Source of the DNA: Octopus bimaculoides
Lineage: Eukaryota
Direction of reading: 5' to 3'
Assembly: GCF_001194135.2 (NCBI RefSeq)
Contig: NC_068987.1
Location: 106,741,709-106,776,197 of the forward strand
DNA: 34,489 bases
The notes below the pieces were generated by a model that worked only from the letters and a program-made list of their open reading frames with translations, did not search any database and was not told where the DNA came from. A program made the position numbers and the translations under genes. Shown here piece by piece: positions 11,604-23,548 of the stretch. How positions within the stretch are numbered: the first letter of the stretch is position 1; each line of letters opens with the position of its first letter.

Positions 11604-13745
11604 CATGCACACACACACACACAGACACACACATAGATATTATTTTTAATATTATTACTATTATTATTATTGAGAGTATTAGTATTATTCAATCCAAGGA
11701 AAGACAATTTCCTTTCAAGGGATGGAAAACATCCAAGTTCCACCGGTTCTTCAGTTATATACCACAATATAGTAGAGAAAAAATCCGAACGAATGAGTGA
11801 ATAAAATATTACTCTTACCAGCTTTAGCTATATTCCGTATTAATGAAAATTGTTTTCATTCATTTTTTTTCATCTCTTTTTTACTCGTTTAGGCAATTAT
11901 TTTTCAATTAGAAATTTAATTTCGATGTATTCAAAACAGAATAACATATTCCTAACCACACGTATTATATATTAACCTCTTAGTATTTAAGGCCCCTTAG
12001 AAAATTCATTCTTTGTATACTATCTTATATTTGTTTTGTATTTTGTATATTGTAACTTATTGATAGATTTAACGGACTCTAATATTAGCGGACCAATTAA
12101 GTTGTAGGAATGGCAATGGCCTTATTCCACTCATCATATGGGTATTATGATGAGAACTTTTGTTAATTAATAATAACCACACACTTAATTTATACCCAAG
12201 TTATTTCTTCATTGATATAGTTACGTATTGATTTCCTTACTTAAGCTTACATTAAATACATTTGTTAATTTTATCGATATTCTATTGCATAGCCTTTAGC
12301 TTCTAACTAATGACCCCTGTGATATTGATCATCCCATTAACCATACCCTATAACGTTTTACCTTTGCTATATTCCCCATTAATTTGAAATAAATTGTAGT
12401 CTCACAACCTCTGGATATTATCTTGGAATTTACTGCCTCACCATTTCTAACTAGTTCTATTATTTTATTATTTCATTTTACTTTTTCACATGTTTGATTC
12501 CTACTATTATGGACTGCCTGATGAAGGTTTGGGGCTCAATTATTGTCCAACTTCTGTCCAACTTTTGTTCAAACTTTGTACAATCTCTGTATAATATTTG
12601 CATAATATTAGTATGATGTGTCAACATTGGCATGCTGGTCCCCAAAAGTAGAAACAGCTGTAAGCGCAAAATTTTATCCACTCATTTATTCCTATTTATT
12701 TATTTATCAATATAATTGCAATTAATAGACCTAATTGATGTTTGTAAGTTGATATTTGACAACAAATTATCTTCTCCATTCTTCTTTGCCTTATATATAT
12801 ATATATATATATATNNNNNNNNNNNNNNNNNNNNNNNNNNNNNNNNNNNNNNNNNNNNNNNNNNNNNNNNNNNNNNNNNNNNNNNNNNNNNNNNNNNNNN
12901 NNNNNNNNNNNNNNNNNNNNNNNNNNNNNNNNNNNNNNNNNNNNNNNNNNNNNNNNNNNNNNNNNNNNNNNNNNNNNNNNNNNNNNNNNNNNNNNNNNNN
13001 NNNNNNNNNNNNNNNNNNNNNNNNNNNNNNNNNNNNNNNNNNNNNNNNNNNNNNNNNNNNNNNNNNNNNNNNNNNNNNNNNNNNNNNNNNNNNNNNNNNN
13101 NNNNNNNNNNNNNNNNNNNNNNNNNNNNNNNNNNNNNNNNNNNNNNNNNNNNNNNNNNNNNNNNNNNNNNNNNNNNNNNNNNNNNNNNNNNNNNNNNNNN
13201 NNNNNNNNNNNNNNNNNNNNNNNNNNNNNNNNNNNNNNNNNNNNNNNNNNNNNNNNNNNNNNNNNNNNNNNNNNNNNNNNNNNNNNNNNNNNNNNNNNNN
13301 NNNNNNNNNNNNNNNNNNNNNNNNNNNNNNNNNNNNNNNNNNNNNNNNNNNNNNNNNNNNNNNNNNNNNNNNNNNNNNNNNNNNNNNNNNNNNNNNNNNN
13401 NNNNNNNNNNNNNNNNNNNNNNNNNNNNNNNNNNNNNNNNNNNNNNNNNNNNNNNNNNNNNNNNNNNNNNNNNNNNNNNNNNNNNNNNNNNNNNNNNNNN
13501 NNNNNNNNNNNNNNNNNNNNNNNNNNNNNNNNNNNNNNNNNNNNNNNNNNNNNNNNNNNNNNNNNNNNNNNNNNNNNNNNNNNNNNNNNNNNNNNNNNNN
13601 NNNNNNNNNNNNNNNNNNNNNNNNNNNNNNNNNNNNNNNNNNNNNNNNNNNNNNNNNNNNNNNNNNNNNNNNNNNNNNNNNNNNNNNNNNNNNNNNNNNN
13701 NNNNNNNNNNNNNNNNNNNNNNNNNNNNNNNNNNNNNNNNNNNNN

Positions 13746-13792
<47 letters not shown>

Positions 13793-15419
13793 ACACTAAC
13801 ATATATATAAATATATACGTCATTAAAGCGACTGAAGGTGCTGTTGTGTACCAGTATCGCTAGAAATGAGAGTCAAAACAACACAGCCACAATAAGCACC
13901 ATCTTATTGACCAACGTATATATTCTTGGCTTTCAGTTGTGTGTGTAAGTGTGTTTTGTGTATGTGTGCGTATGTGTGTATGTACGTGCGCGTATGTCAC
14001 AAATCCTGTATACTTAAATAATTTTGTTAAAACGCTATATAAACGGTAAAATATATATTATTATGGAAGGTAACAGAATGGAAAGTAAGCTGTGTTTTCA
14101 GAATGGAAAATATTTAAATTGGAAGATAAATTATGATAGAAGAATGTAAGATATATTACTGTAAAAGGGAGGTTGAAACGGATTTCATTTATATCAAAAT
14201 GTTGTATAAAATAACTCATATTGCTGTATCTGAAAATTATACTACAATAACTAAAATAAAATAATGAATATGTATATAATATAAGAGATTATAGCTATGG
14301 TTGAAATTGTTTCTTATTCTAAGTAATGTGGCAAAGTGAAATAATAAAAAAATATATACAAAATCGTATTTAAGCATCAACTCAACACGTCAATGCGTTA
14401 AAATTTACGAAATAGCAAATTGGAATGAGAAGTTATGGAATTGTATGATTAATAATGTAAATTATAGAAATTTCATGTAAAAAAAAAGCCTAAATAACCC
14501 TCCATAAGATAACTAAAATTTATTGTAAATTTGCTTAACTTATTTATTTGTTGTTTTCACATATCGAGAATATTATATTTCCATCCATGAACCTCCGTTT
14601 CTCGACTGTTGCATGTATTATATGTATTTAATACTACTTTAAAAATTTGATGCGAAAAAGTAAACCAATTATGTAAGCATTTTGTAATTCCCGACACAAA
14701 AAAGTATCATCTCTGAATGTTCAGCCATATATTTATCAAAATTCACTTGCATGTATCTACAAAAACTAAAGCAGAGATTCCTGCAACATATTGAAATTAT
14801 ACAATGTAGAGTAGGATAAAGTCAGGGCTAGAAAAGAATTATAACGAAAGAATTCAAAAGGGGTGGAGCAGTTGTATTTGAAAGTCGAAATTAGGGAGAA
14901 CTAAATAAAACCAGGATAAAATGAAAATGCTATAGAACAATAAAATGTATACAAAATTGTAAGCATGTGTATTTGATCTCATTGTGAAATTAGACACAGT
15001 AAGTTAGACCAGTAAGTTATAATATACCATTAAACTCATGCAGACCCATATACATAAATACTTATCATAAATGCAAATATAATGAAATTTTGTTTCAAAT
15101 CTTTACTTTAATTTTCTTGCACTCCTGCCTAGTGTCATGAATTCATTGCTCTTTCAGTGCACGCTGGACTTATAATTGCTGTGCTTGTATATTCAAATTA
15201 ATATTTATTCTATTAATATATAACAACTCATGTTGATAGGTTTGGTGAGTTGGAAGACTTGTTTGATGAGTGTTGAACTGAAAAGCTGGTAGTGTAAATT
15301 TGTGGTCCTTCATGTTCTGTCTCAAAATAACAGTCATATTGTCAATTTAATCGACTATACTATTTCCCAAATCAAGTGATGTTATGCTAATGTAAGACCT
15401 CACTATTGGTATGGATATG

Positions 15420-15640
15420 AGCTGGCAGAATTTGAATAAACTCAGAAATATGAAAACCGAAACATGCTTAGCGGCATTTATTCCGTCTTTATGTGCTGAA
15501 GTCAAGTTCTGCTTAGTCCGCTTTTGCCTTTAAACCTTCCGATGGTAGACGATATAAGCTGAACACCGAGATCGATGTAATTAGCTAGTACTCATCTCCA
15601 AATTTCACGGCTTTGTGCCTATATTAAAAAAGATTACCCT
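15420..15640 (+). mobile_element. SINE (Meta-domain-like family), near full length, degenerate
   Basis: gagctggcagaa..aacatgcttagcggcattt..ttttgcctttaaaccttccg..gatcgatgtaatt..aaatttcacggctttgtgcctata is colinear with the 2449 and 33220 copies. Confidence 0.65.
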
Positions 15641-16131
15641 TACGGTTATTGCATAAACATTAATGAAAACAAAAGCTACAATCGAAGATGGATTTGGACA
15701 CATGTGTGTATATTTTTGTAATGTACATTTACAATTTTCACGATCATAATATACGTTTACCTGATCTTGCATTTCAACACGGATGCTTGACACTATAGAA
15801 ATCATTTTGTTACAATTGGTTCTAAGACCTATCGGATTTACTCCTAATTATTCTATACTGTATTTTATCTCTCTCTATATGCATTCTAATTTTTGTACCC
15901 ATCACATTAATAATGATACAGAATATGTATCTTATGTTCATGTTCTACACATGGTTTCAGTATATCCATATACTATTGCAGATATGTTCCCATCAAATAT
16001 GAATCGCGTGCCTAACTGATTCACCTGGTGAAAGTACGCCAAAGGAAAATAATTACGTGAAATACAATATCGGAATAACCTTGTATTCATGAGGACATCC
16101 TCACTTTCTACAAGTCGGTTTTTGTTTTTAG

Positions 16132-16796
16132 TGAGGCGCATCACTCATGTGGCCACACGGTAAGCTTGTTCAGTTCACGATCTTGATGTTGTAGGTTGAG
16201 TTCAGGGAAGAATGTACACCGGGCTCGTGCTGTTGTTCTTTTCCTGCCTACAGTTCTGTAATCTTCGATGTTTACTTGATAAAGAATTAGAAAGGAAAGA
16301 GAGATTTCTGCTCCTGACCACGTATTTTCCTAAAAATCTAACAGTGCACAAAGCGAGAAGCGGCTTTGTTTCGCTGTTTCAGTATAAAATCAAAAAGATG
16401 CATACCTGGCTTTTTAAGAACATTTTAGACGGTGGAACGATGCTACTGTGAGACGAAGTATCGTGTGAATGATTGCAAGAATATGGACTTCAATAAATTC
16501 CAGGGAGAATGTTATAAAGAGAAGTAGGTCCCTGATATAGTTTCCATTACTTTTATGTCTTGTATAAGCTAAGCCTGCGGTAGATAATATATGTTTAAAC
16601 TGCCACGCACCGGAATCGGGCCCGAAACCACGGAGATTCGAAAGGAAATGTATAACCAAAGTGTCATATCACTGCATTACCAGAATAATTAGACAAATAA
16701 AACAAGTAACTATAATCATTTAACGCCACGTTGTCTTTATGTCTTTCAGAACAGTAAATTGGGAGTCATTTCTTCAATACAGTCCTTCTTCCACAA
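16132..16796 (+). other. Tentative cluster of small GT-AG exons (16132-16159, 16254 onward, 16429-16523, 16750-16796); product unknown
   Basis: Acceptors tttttgtttttag, ttcttttcctgcctacag, acattttag and gtctttcag; donors gtaagc, gtaggt and gtgagt. The joins are phase-compatible and open. No homologue recognised. Confidence 0.3.
16595..16665 (-). mobile_element. SINE head fragment (24150-type)
   Basis: Minus strand reads ccgtggtttcgggcccgattccggtgcgtggca, compared with cggttccggtgtcagtccaactacgtggca at 24186. Confidence 0.4.
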
Positions 16797-18057
16797 GTGA
16801 GTGTTCTTATGAACAGGCACCTGATGCAGTTTTATTAGATAGTATGCCATAATCGTTGTATTCCAGAATTAAATTCTTGCTTTGATTTGTGATTCTCTGT
16901 GTATATTATAAAATTCTTTAAGAAAGTATTTAATCTAAATTTGTTTTAGAAATAAATTCAAGCCCTCCAGGCGTTTGCCAGCTATCTTGTTGCAATAAAT
17001 TACCGCCTTCTTAATTGTTGTTCAGTTTTACTCCTACAATTTTATGTGTTGCTTTTATGTCCTTTTATCCGCAAGCCTTATTGTGGTGCGACGTTTCTTT
17101 CATATTTCTCACATCTGATTTTCTCCCCAAATCCTACATTTCTTTTCTGGCTAGAATGTTCTTGAACATTTCATATTTGTTGTTTTGTTATTTCTAACAC
17201 TAAAACTTTCATGTTGGTTTTTCTTTTTCAATTTTCATGAAACAGTTTGTTTTGTCTAGAAGCTTTGGCGTCTGTAGTATCTTCAAATTCTCTACTCATT
17301 ATTTAGTGTGAATTCTTGTATGAAAGGCTTCCTTTACCTTTTGACGATTTCCTAATCTGAAATAACATTGTTCTACATGAAGCAACGACAAGAATCTCTG
17401 TGCAGGTTTTCATCATAACATAAGTAGTACCCGGTAAATTTCACTTACGTCATCAGTACTGGCGTCATTGCACAAATTGCTTTCTGAAGGACAGATTATG
17501 CATGCGTATAAGGAAATATAATGCATGTAGAATAGAGAACATGCTCGTGACTGAATGTCTTTCATAAATGTTTTAATCGGACTTGGTCAACCTGCGAATG
17601 AAAAACAACACAGATGAATCTTGTCTCCCTTCTCTGTAATAGAAATAGAAGAGCATATCTTGCACATAACACTCTACCATATTAAAATGAACACATTTCA
17701 GTTCTCCGCGGTAAACTTTGGTTTAATTTGTTAAAATTGTAATGAATAATCATGTGACGTCATTATCAAAGATCTAGAAAACTGGTATGAGCCAGCAAAG
17801 AAAATTTGTATACTGTTGCTTGACCTGAACGAAATAGCAAGCGACTGGTTCTCTCCAACGACACATTTATGGTAATAAAAAATGGACGGACACATTTGAT
17901 GATGGAAAATTGCGATTCGTCGCGGTTACTCTACTGAGCCAAGAAGGACTGCAACAAAAATAACAGTAACATCTGGTAATATAGTTTGTCAATTGTTGCG
18001 TAGTGACCACACGTTCAAGACAGTACTGCATTACAACGCTTTGCTTGGCTACCTTTT

Positions 18058-18260
18058 ATCTTTTATATTTTACTTCTTTCAGTCATTCGACAGCGGCCAT
18101 GCTGCAGCACCGCCTCCAAGAATTTGTAGTCGAATGAATCGACCTCAAATCTCATACATATTCTGTCGGTCTTTTAGGTCGAACTGCTAAGTTATGGGAA
18201 GGTAAACACATCTCCTTTTGTCGAGCACTTGAGGGGACAAAGATATGCACACACCACTCA
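18058..18260 (-). mobile_element. Interspersed SINE-like repeat, same family as 8015
   Basis: Plus strand reads tttcagtcattcgacagcggccatgctgcagcaccgcc..gtcgaa..aatcgacc..gaactgctaagtta..gtaaacac. Confidence 0.65.
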
Positions 18261-20657
18261 CACAGACACAAAGACGCACACACCACTCACACACACACGC
18301 ACGCACAAGCGCACACACATATATAAAGATAGATATACATATAGATAGACAGACAGACAGTTATGCATGTATATATATATATATATANNNNNNNNNNNNN
18401 NNNNNNNNNNNNNNNNNNNNNNNNNNNNNNNNNNNNNNNNNNNNNNNNNNNNNNNNNNNNNNNNNNNNNNNNNNNNNNNNNNNNNNNNNNNNNNNNNNNN
18501 NNNNNNNNNNNNNNNNNNNNNNNNNNNNNNNNNNNNNNNNNNNNNNNNNNNNNNNNNNNNNNNNNNNNNNNNNNNNNNNNNNNNNNNNNNNNNNNNNNNN
18601 NNNNNNNNNNNNNNNNNNNNNNNNNNNNNNNNNNNNNNNNNNNNNNNNNNNNNNNNNNNNNNNNNNNNNNNNNNNNNNNNNNNNNNNNNNNNNNNNNNNN
18701 NNNNNNNNNNNNNNNNNNNNNNNNNNNNNNNNNNNNNNNNNNNNNNNNNNNNNNNNNNNNNNNNNNNNNNNNNNNNNNNNNNNNNNNNNNNNNNNNNNNN
18801 NNNNNNNNNNNNNNNNNNNNNNNNNNNNNNNNNNNNNNNNNNNNNNNNNNNNNNNNNNNNNNNNNNNNNNNNNNNNNNNNNNNNNNNNNNNNNNNNNNNN
18901 NNNNNNNNNNNNNNNNNNNNNNNNNAAAAAAAAAAAAAAAAAAAAAAGAAAAGAAAAAGAAAGTAAATAGAAATCTAGATTCAATGATTTCCTTCCCGCA
19001 GGTACTGGACGCATTTTGTCCGCTTCTGATAAACATCTGTGATTTGTAGCACTATTCGTCCATACGAGCTACTGTCACGTAACGAATACTGCGGTTTTAC
19101 AGGATTCTACAGAATATCCACGTTAAAGAAGCTATACATAGCGTGTATATATAAGTGACGGGCAACCTGAGGCCTTCTGAACAGCACGTGTAACGAAATA
19201 TTACCTTTAAATTTGTTAGCAGTGAATCCCGCCTAATTATGCGCCATGCCTGTTGCTGTCCACTTCTCGTAAACTATTGCCCAAAGCTGATAAATCTATC
19301 AGCAATGGGCATTAGCTGCGATATCTATATCATTGAGTAAAAAGTCATTGATGATATGCCATTTGTCCGATGTAGGACTTTGAAAATATAGAAAAAGGAG
19401 AAGAAGATGAAATACTTGACATATATGACAGAATCAAAATTTAGAAAAGCTATATAGAATCTTATAGTTATAAATTGATTGTAAACAACGAGACAAAAAA
19501 AAACAGCCCCATTTATGTGTTTGTCTGCGGTTATATTAGCGTGCGTCGTGTATTTGGTTTATATATTATTGTATTTTTCGTTTTAAACGTTTTAGATATG
19601 TGAATTTGTGCACTAAAAACATTATTAAACTTATATAATTCAACTATTTCAACCAAAATTTATTACAACTGGGAAATATGATTGCATTTTAATTATTAAT
19701 CAATTTACTTTTCATAAGTGTTTTATATCTTTTCTTTCATGGAGAGGTATTTAGAGTTTGGAGTCTGTTTTAATATGTATTCGTCCTCTTTTATGACATC
19801 GTATATGTTATTCCATATAACGAACCGCTGGGATATGTTCCACTAGATATTTTTATTTGATTTTGCTTCCAGTTATTCTTTTTATAATCCTCTCTATATA
19901 GATATTTGGGAATTGCGTTATAGTTGTGCTTGTTTTCTTTCCGCTGTTTATATTCACCGTTCATACAACATAACTAATTGACGCTCATATTAGTCTATAC
20001 ATAAGTGATATAATTTTTTCGTCTTTGATAAACCTACATACATACATATACATGTGTACACTCTCACACATCTATACATTGATACATACGTACGCATGTA
20101 CATTCATATATAGATATTCGACTATTCGTTCCTTTGCTTTTGAACGGCTATTAGTACATACATTTTTCGTGTTTTATTCGTTTGTATAAAGTAATGTACT
20201 GCATTTTTGTATGTAAATAAATAAATATTTCTCTTTCAACTATCAGTTTATTCCGATATATCTTTATGATACCAAAGTTTCTATTTGCACGAACTTTTGC
20301 GAATACATGACTGTTTACAATTTTATTAAAGCTTTTCATATTACACTCTTCGTATATATGCAACCCAATCAAAGCAGACATACGTTTAGTTAATTGGAAT
20401 TGAGAGAGAGTTGATTATTTCCCAGTCCATTTATATACAGGATAATTTCCAGTATGACGAATAGGTTAGTATTTCCCATTTGTACTTGCATTTTTAATTT
20501 TACTTTTACTAATTTCAGTCATATTGTGATGCCATGTTGTGGCACAAGCTTTGGTGCGATTGGTTTCTATTTCCCATTCACTTCCCTGCCTTTTGTATGG
20601 AGTTGCTTCCGATGAAGTGGTTAGTTGAACGTAGCTGCTCTTGTTTGTGTTTGCTCC

Positions 20658-20924
20658 AATACACAGATTCATATGTAGAAAACAAGAGGTGTGATTAAGT
20701 ATAATGTATCAATATCCAGTAATAATCTAACAACCTAGAGTAAGTTAAGGAAATCACATGGGTACTTGATTACTTTTAGCTTTCTTAGTCGGCATACAGG
20801 ATCATGATGGGAGAATGCCTATTCATTCCTAATGTCTAAACAAATCAGTAGAAACGGAGCACGGAATTTCTGGTTATCTAGGTGCTTGCGAGCTTCTTGA
20901 ACATCCACGTCTATGAACTGAAAA
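20658..20924 (-). mobile_element. Left arm of the inverted duplication (same RT-like fragment with a 174-bp internal deletion)
   Basis: The reverse complement aligns without gaps to 21297-21374 (69/78 identical) and 21552-21730 (about 150/179 identical). It reads FIDVDVQEARKHLDNQKFRAPFLLICLDIRNE*AFSHHDPVCRLRKLKVIKYPCDFLNLL*VV. Confidence 0.85.
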
Positions 20925-21289
20925 CATTTTTATTTCCCATTTCACTGTAAGAACAGGCACAAAATCGAGAACATGCCAGGCAAATATTTTTTTAGATGTG
21001 TTTTAAAAGCATACACATATACACCTCGAAAATCACTAAGATTGAAATTGTGTGTACCCACGATAACTAAACTGGTCTAGGAAGGTCGGATCTTTGGTAC
21101 TATGCAGTGACGTATAGCTTTCAATCTCCAAGTGGGAAACTGGACTTCACAAGATCCCGTATATATATGTGTGTGTGCGTGTATGTGCGTGCATGTGAGA
21201 GTGTATGCGCGTGTGTGTATATCATCGGTATCGTCCTGAGAATGTATCACAATAACCTATGCAGATCTCGGTATATCTATTAAAGACAT

Positions 21290-21730
21290 TTTTCAGTTCA
21301 TAGACGTGGAAGTTCAAGAAGCTACCAAGCACCAAGATAACCAGATATTTCCTGCTCCGTTTCTTCTGACTTGTAGGACGGGGTTGTCTATCCGCTGATT
21401 TCATCGTGAAGAGAACTGTCCTTTCTTGGTTAGGTGCTGTCAGACATCGCCAAGAAGCTCTGCCTCGCATTCTTCATCTACAAATTGGAATAAAAGGGGA
21501 GTATGTACAGAGGACAGATTAACGAAACTAAATTTTCAGAAAGTGTATCAGAACATTAGGAATCATAAGACGTTCTCCCATTATGATCCTATGCACCCGC
21601 TAAGAGAGCTAAGAGTAATCAAGTACCCTTGTGATTTCCTTGACTTTTTCAAGGTTGTTGGATCATTACTGGATTTTGACACCCTATTCTGAATCATACC
21701 TCTTGTTTTCTACATATGAATCTGTGTATT
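21290..21730 (+). mobile_element. Degenerate non-LTR (CR1/L2/Jockey-like) reverse transcriptase fragment; right arm of an inverted duplication
   Basis: FIDVEVQEATKHQDNQIFPAPFLLTC, then in another frame S*RELSFLG*VLSDIAKKL (cf. YRPISLLS.L.KVLE), then KRGVCTEDRLTKLNFQKVYQNIRNHKTFSHYDPMHPLRELRVIKYPCDFLDFFK (cf. GFR.G.ST.D.L..L and KAFD.VDH..L.RKL....P..F...IK). Manual comparison with a generic RT consensus. Confidence 0.55.
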
Positions 21731-21858
21731 TTGTTTGTTTGTTTTTGTGGTTAGGCCTTGCAATATCCCTTATTTCATGTTCTTTATCGGAATCAGTATA
21801 TTAATTTCTACGCTCCACCAAAATATTCTCGATTTTGTGCCTGAGACAATGTCATAAT

Positions 21859-21945
21859 ACGCAGTGTTCCTAAAGAGGTGTTAGAGCGACGAATACACCC
21901 GGGCATTATATTCGGCGCTCTAACACCACTTTAGGTTCACTGCGT
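21859..21945. ncRNA. Candidate pre-miRNA-like hairpin
   Basis: Arms 21859-21895 and 21909-21945 pair at 33 of 37 positions, with no bulges and a 13-nt loop. The hairpin is certain; miRNA status is inference. Confidence 0.45.
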
Positions 21946-22637
21946 CTCATAATAATTTCTTACAGGCACAAGATCAAGAATATTTCTTACTTGCACAAGA
22001 TCAACAAATCTGGCTAATGTCCATCTCTCCTTTTACATTTTCGCGAATGATAAATAAACAACCAATCAAATAATAACAGTGAAATTAATGGACTAATACA
22101 AATTCCAGCAGCTGTACCTATATCTGAAACATTTATTAACGTTTTAAGTAGATAGTTCATTAGTTGATGCAGGAGGATATCTTTTAGATTCTCTGAGTCC
22201 AGAAAAATGCTGCATCAATGTCTTTCGTTTTTCTGAATTGAATACGATAATAGGATCCAACTGAATTGAATAAGAAATGGGATCCAACCCAACGACTAAC
22301 GATTCCCTTCAAAATATTGGTATTGTGCCTAATTTACACAGAATTATTAGAACTATATGAATGTAATATTATTATGTTACTAAGGGTGTTATATAATTTA
22401 ATAGTTTTGTGCTTGTTCTCCGTATATTGTATACCTGTTTTAAAAATGCAAAAATTCACTCGTATACATTTTCGTGTATGATCATTTATGTATATATGCA
22501 AATATGTACCTCGCTCTGTCTGTAATTTTCTTATCTTTCCTTCCAGTCATCCGTATATATATGTACATATATAAAGAGATGGTTGGATAGATAGACAAAC
22601 AAACAGATTGAAAGATAATTATACATACATACATATA

Positions 22638-22683
<46 letters not shown>

Positions 22684-23483
22684 NNNNNNNNNNNNNNNNN
22701 NNNNNNNNNNNNNNNNNNNNNNNNNNNNNNNNNNNNNNNNNNNNNNNNNNNNNNNNNNNNNNNNNNNNNNNNNNNNNNNNNNNNNNNNNNNNNNNNNNNN
22801 NNNNNNNNNNNNNNNNNNNNNNNNNNNNNNNNNNNNNNNNNNNNNNNNNNNNNNNNNNNNNNNNNNNNNNNNNNNNNNNNNNNNNNNNNNNNNNNNNNNN
22901 NNNNNNNNNNNNNNNNNNNNNNNNNNNNNNNNNNNNNNNNNNNNNNNNNNNNNNNNNNNNNNNNNNNNNNNNNNNNNNNNNNNNNNNNNNNNNNNNNNNN
23001 NNNNNNNNNNNNNNNNNNNNNNNNNNNNNNNNNNNNNNNNNNNNNNNNNNNNNNNNNNNNNNNNNNNNNNNNNNNNNNNNNNNNNNNNNNNNNNNNNNNN
23101 NNNNNNNNNNNNNNNNNNNNNNNNNNNNNNNNNNNNNNNNNNNNNNNNNNNNNNNNNNNNNNNNNNNNNNNNNNNNNNNNNNNNNNNNNNNNNNNNNNNN
23201 NNNNNNNNNNNNNNNNNNNNNNNNNNNNNNNNNNNNNNNNNNNNNNNNNNNNNNNNNNNNNNNNNNNNNNNNNNNNNNNNNNNNNNNNNNNNNNNNNNNN
23301 NNNNNNNNNNNNNNNNNNNNNNNNNNNNNNNNNNNNNNNNNNNNNNNNNNNNNNNNNNNNNNNNNNNNNNNNNNNNNNNNNNNNNNNNNNNNNNNNNNNN
23401 NNNNNNNNNNNNNNNNNNNNNNNNNATATATATATATGTATATATGTATACATACATATATACATATATATATACACACACAC

Positions 23484-23548
<65 letters not shown>

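Noticed and set aside
12518-12560. Second CTGATGA motif as a hammerhead
   Set aside because: No stem II followed by GAAA; at most a decayed relic.
17449-17483. 35-nt minus-strand exon candidate reading SNLCNDASTDD (Ly6/three-finger-like LCN)
   Set aside because: Good splice sites, but no partner Cys-rich exons were found and a second frame is equally open.
19153-19289. hAT-like MITE (AAGTGACGGGCAA ... TTGCCCAAAGCTG)
   Set aside because: Only 8/13 terminal match, no 8-bp TSD, and the right end is explained by the local hairpin.
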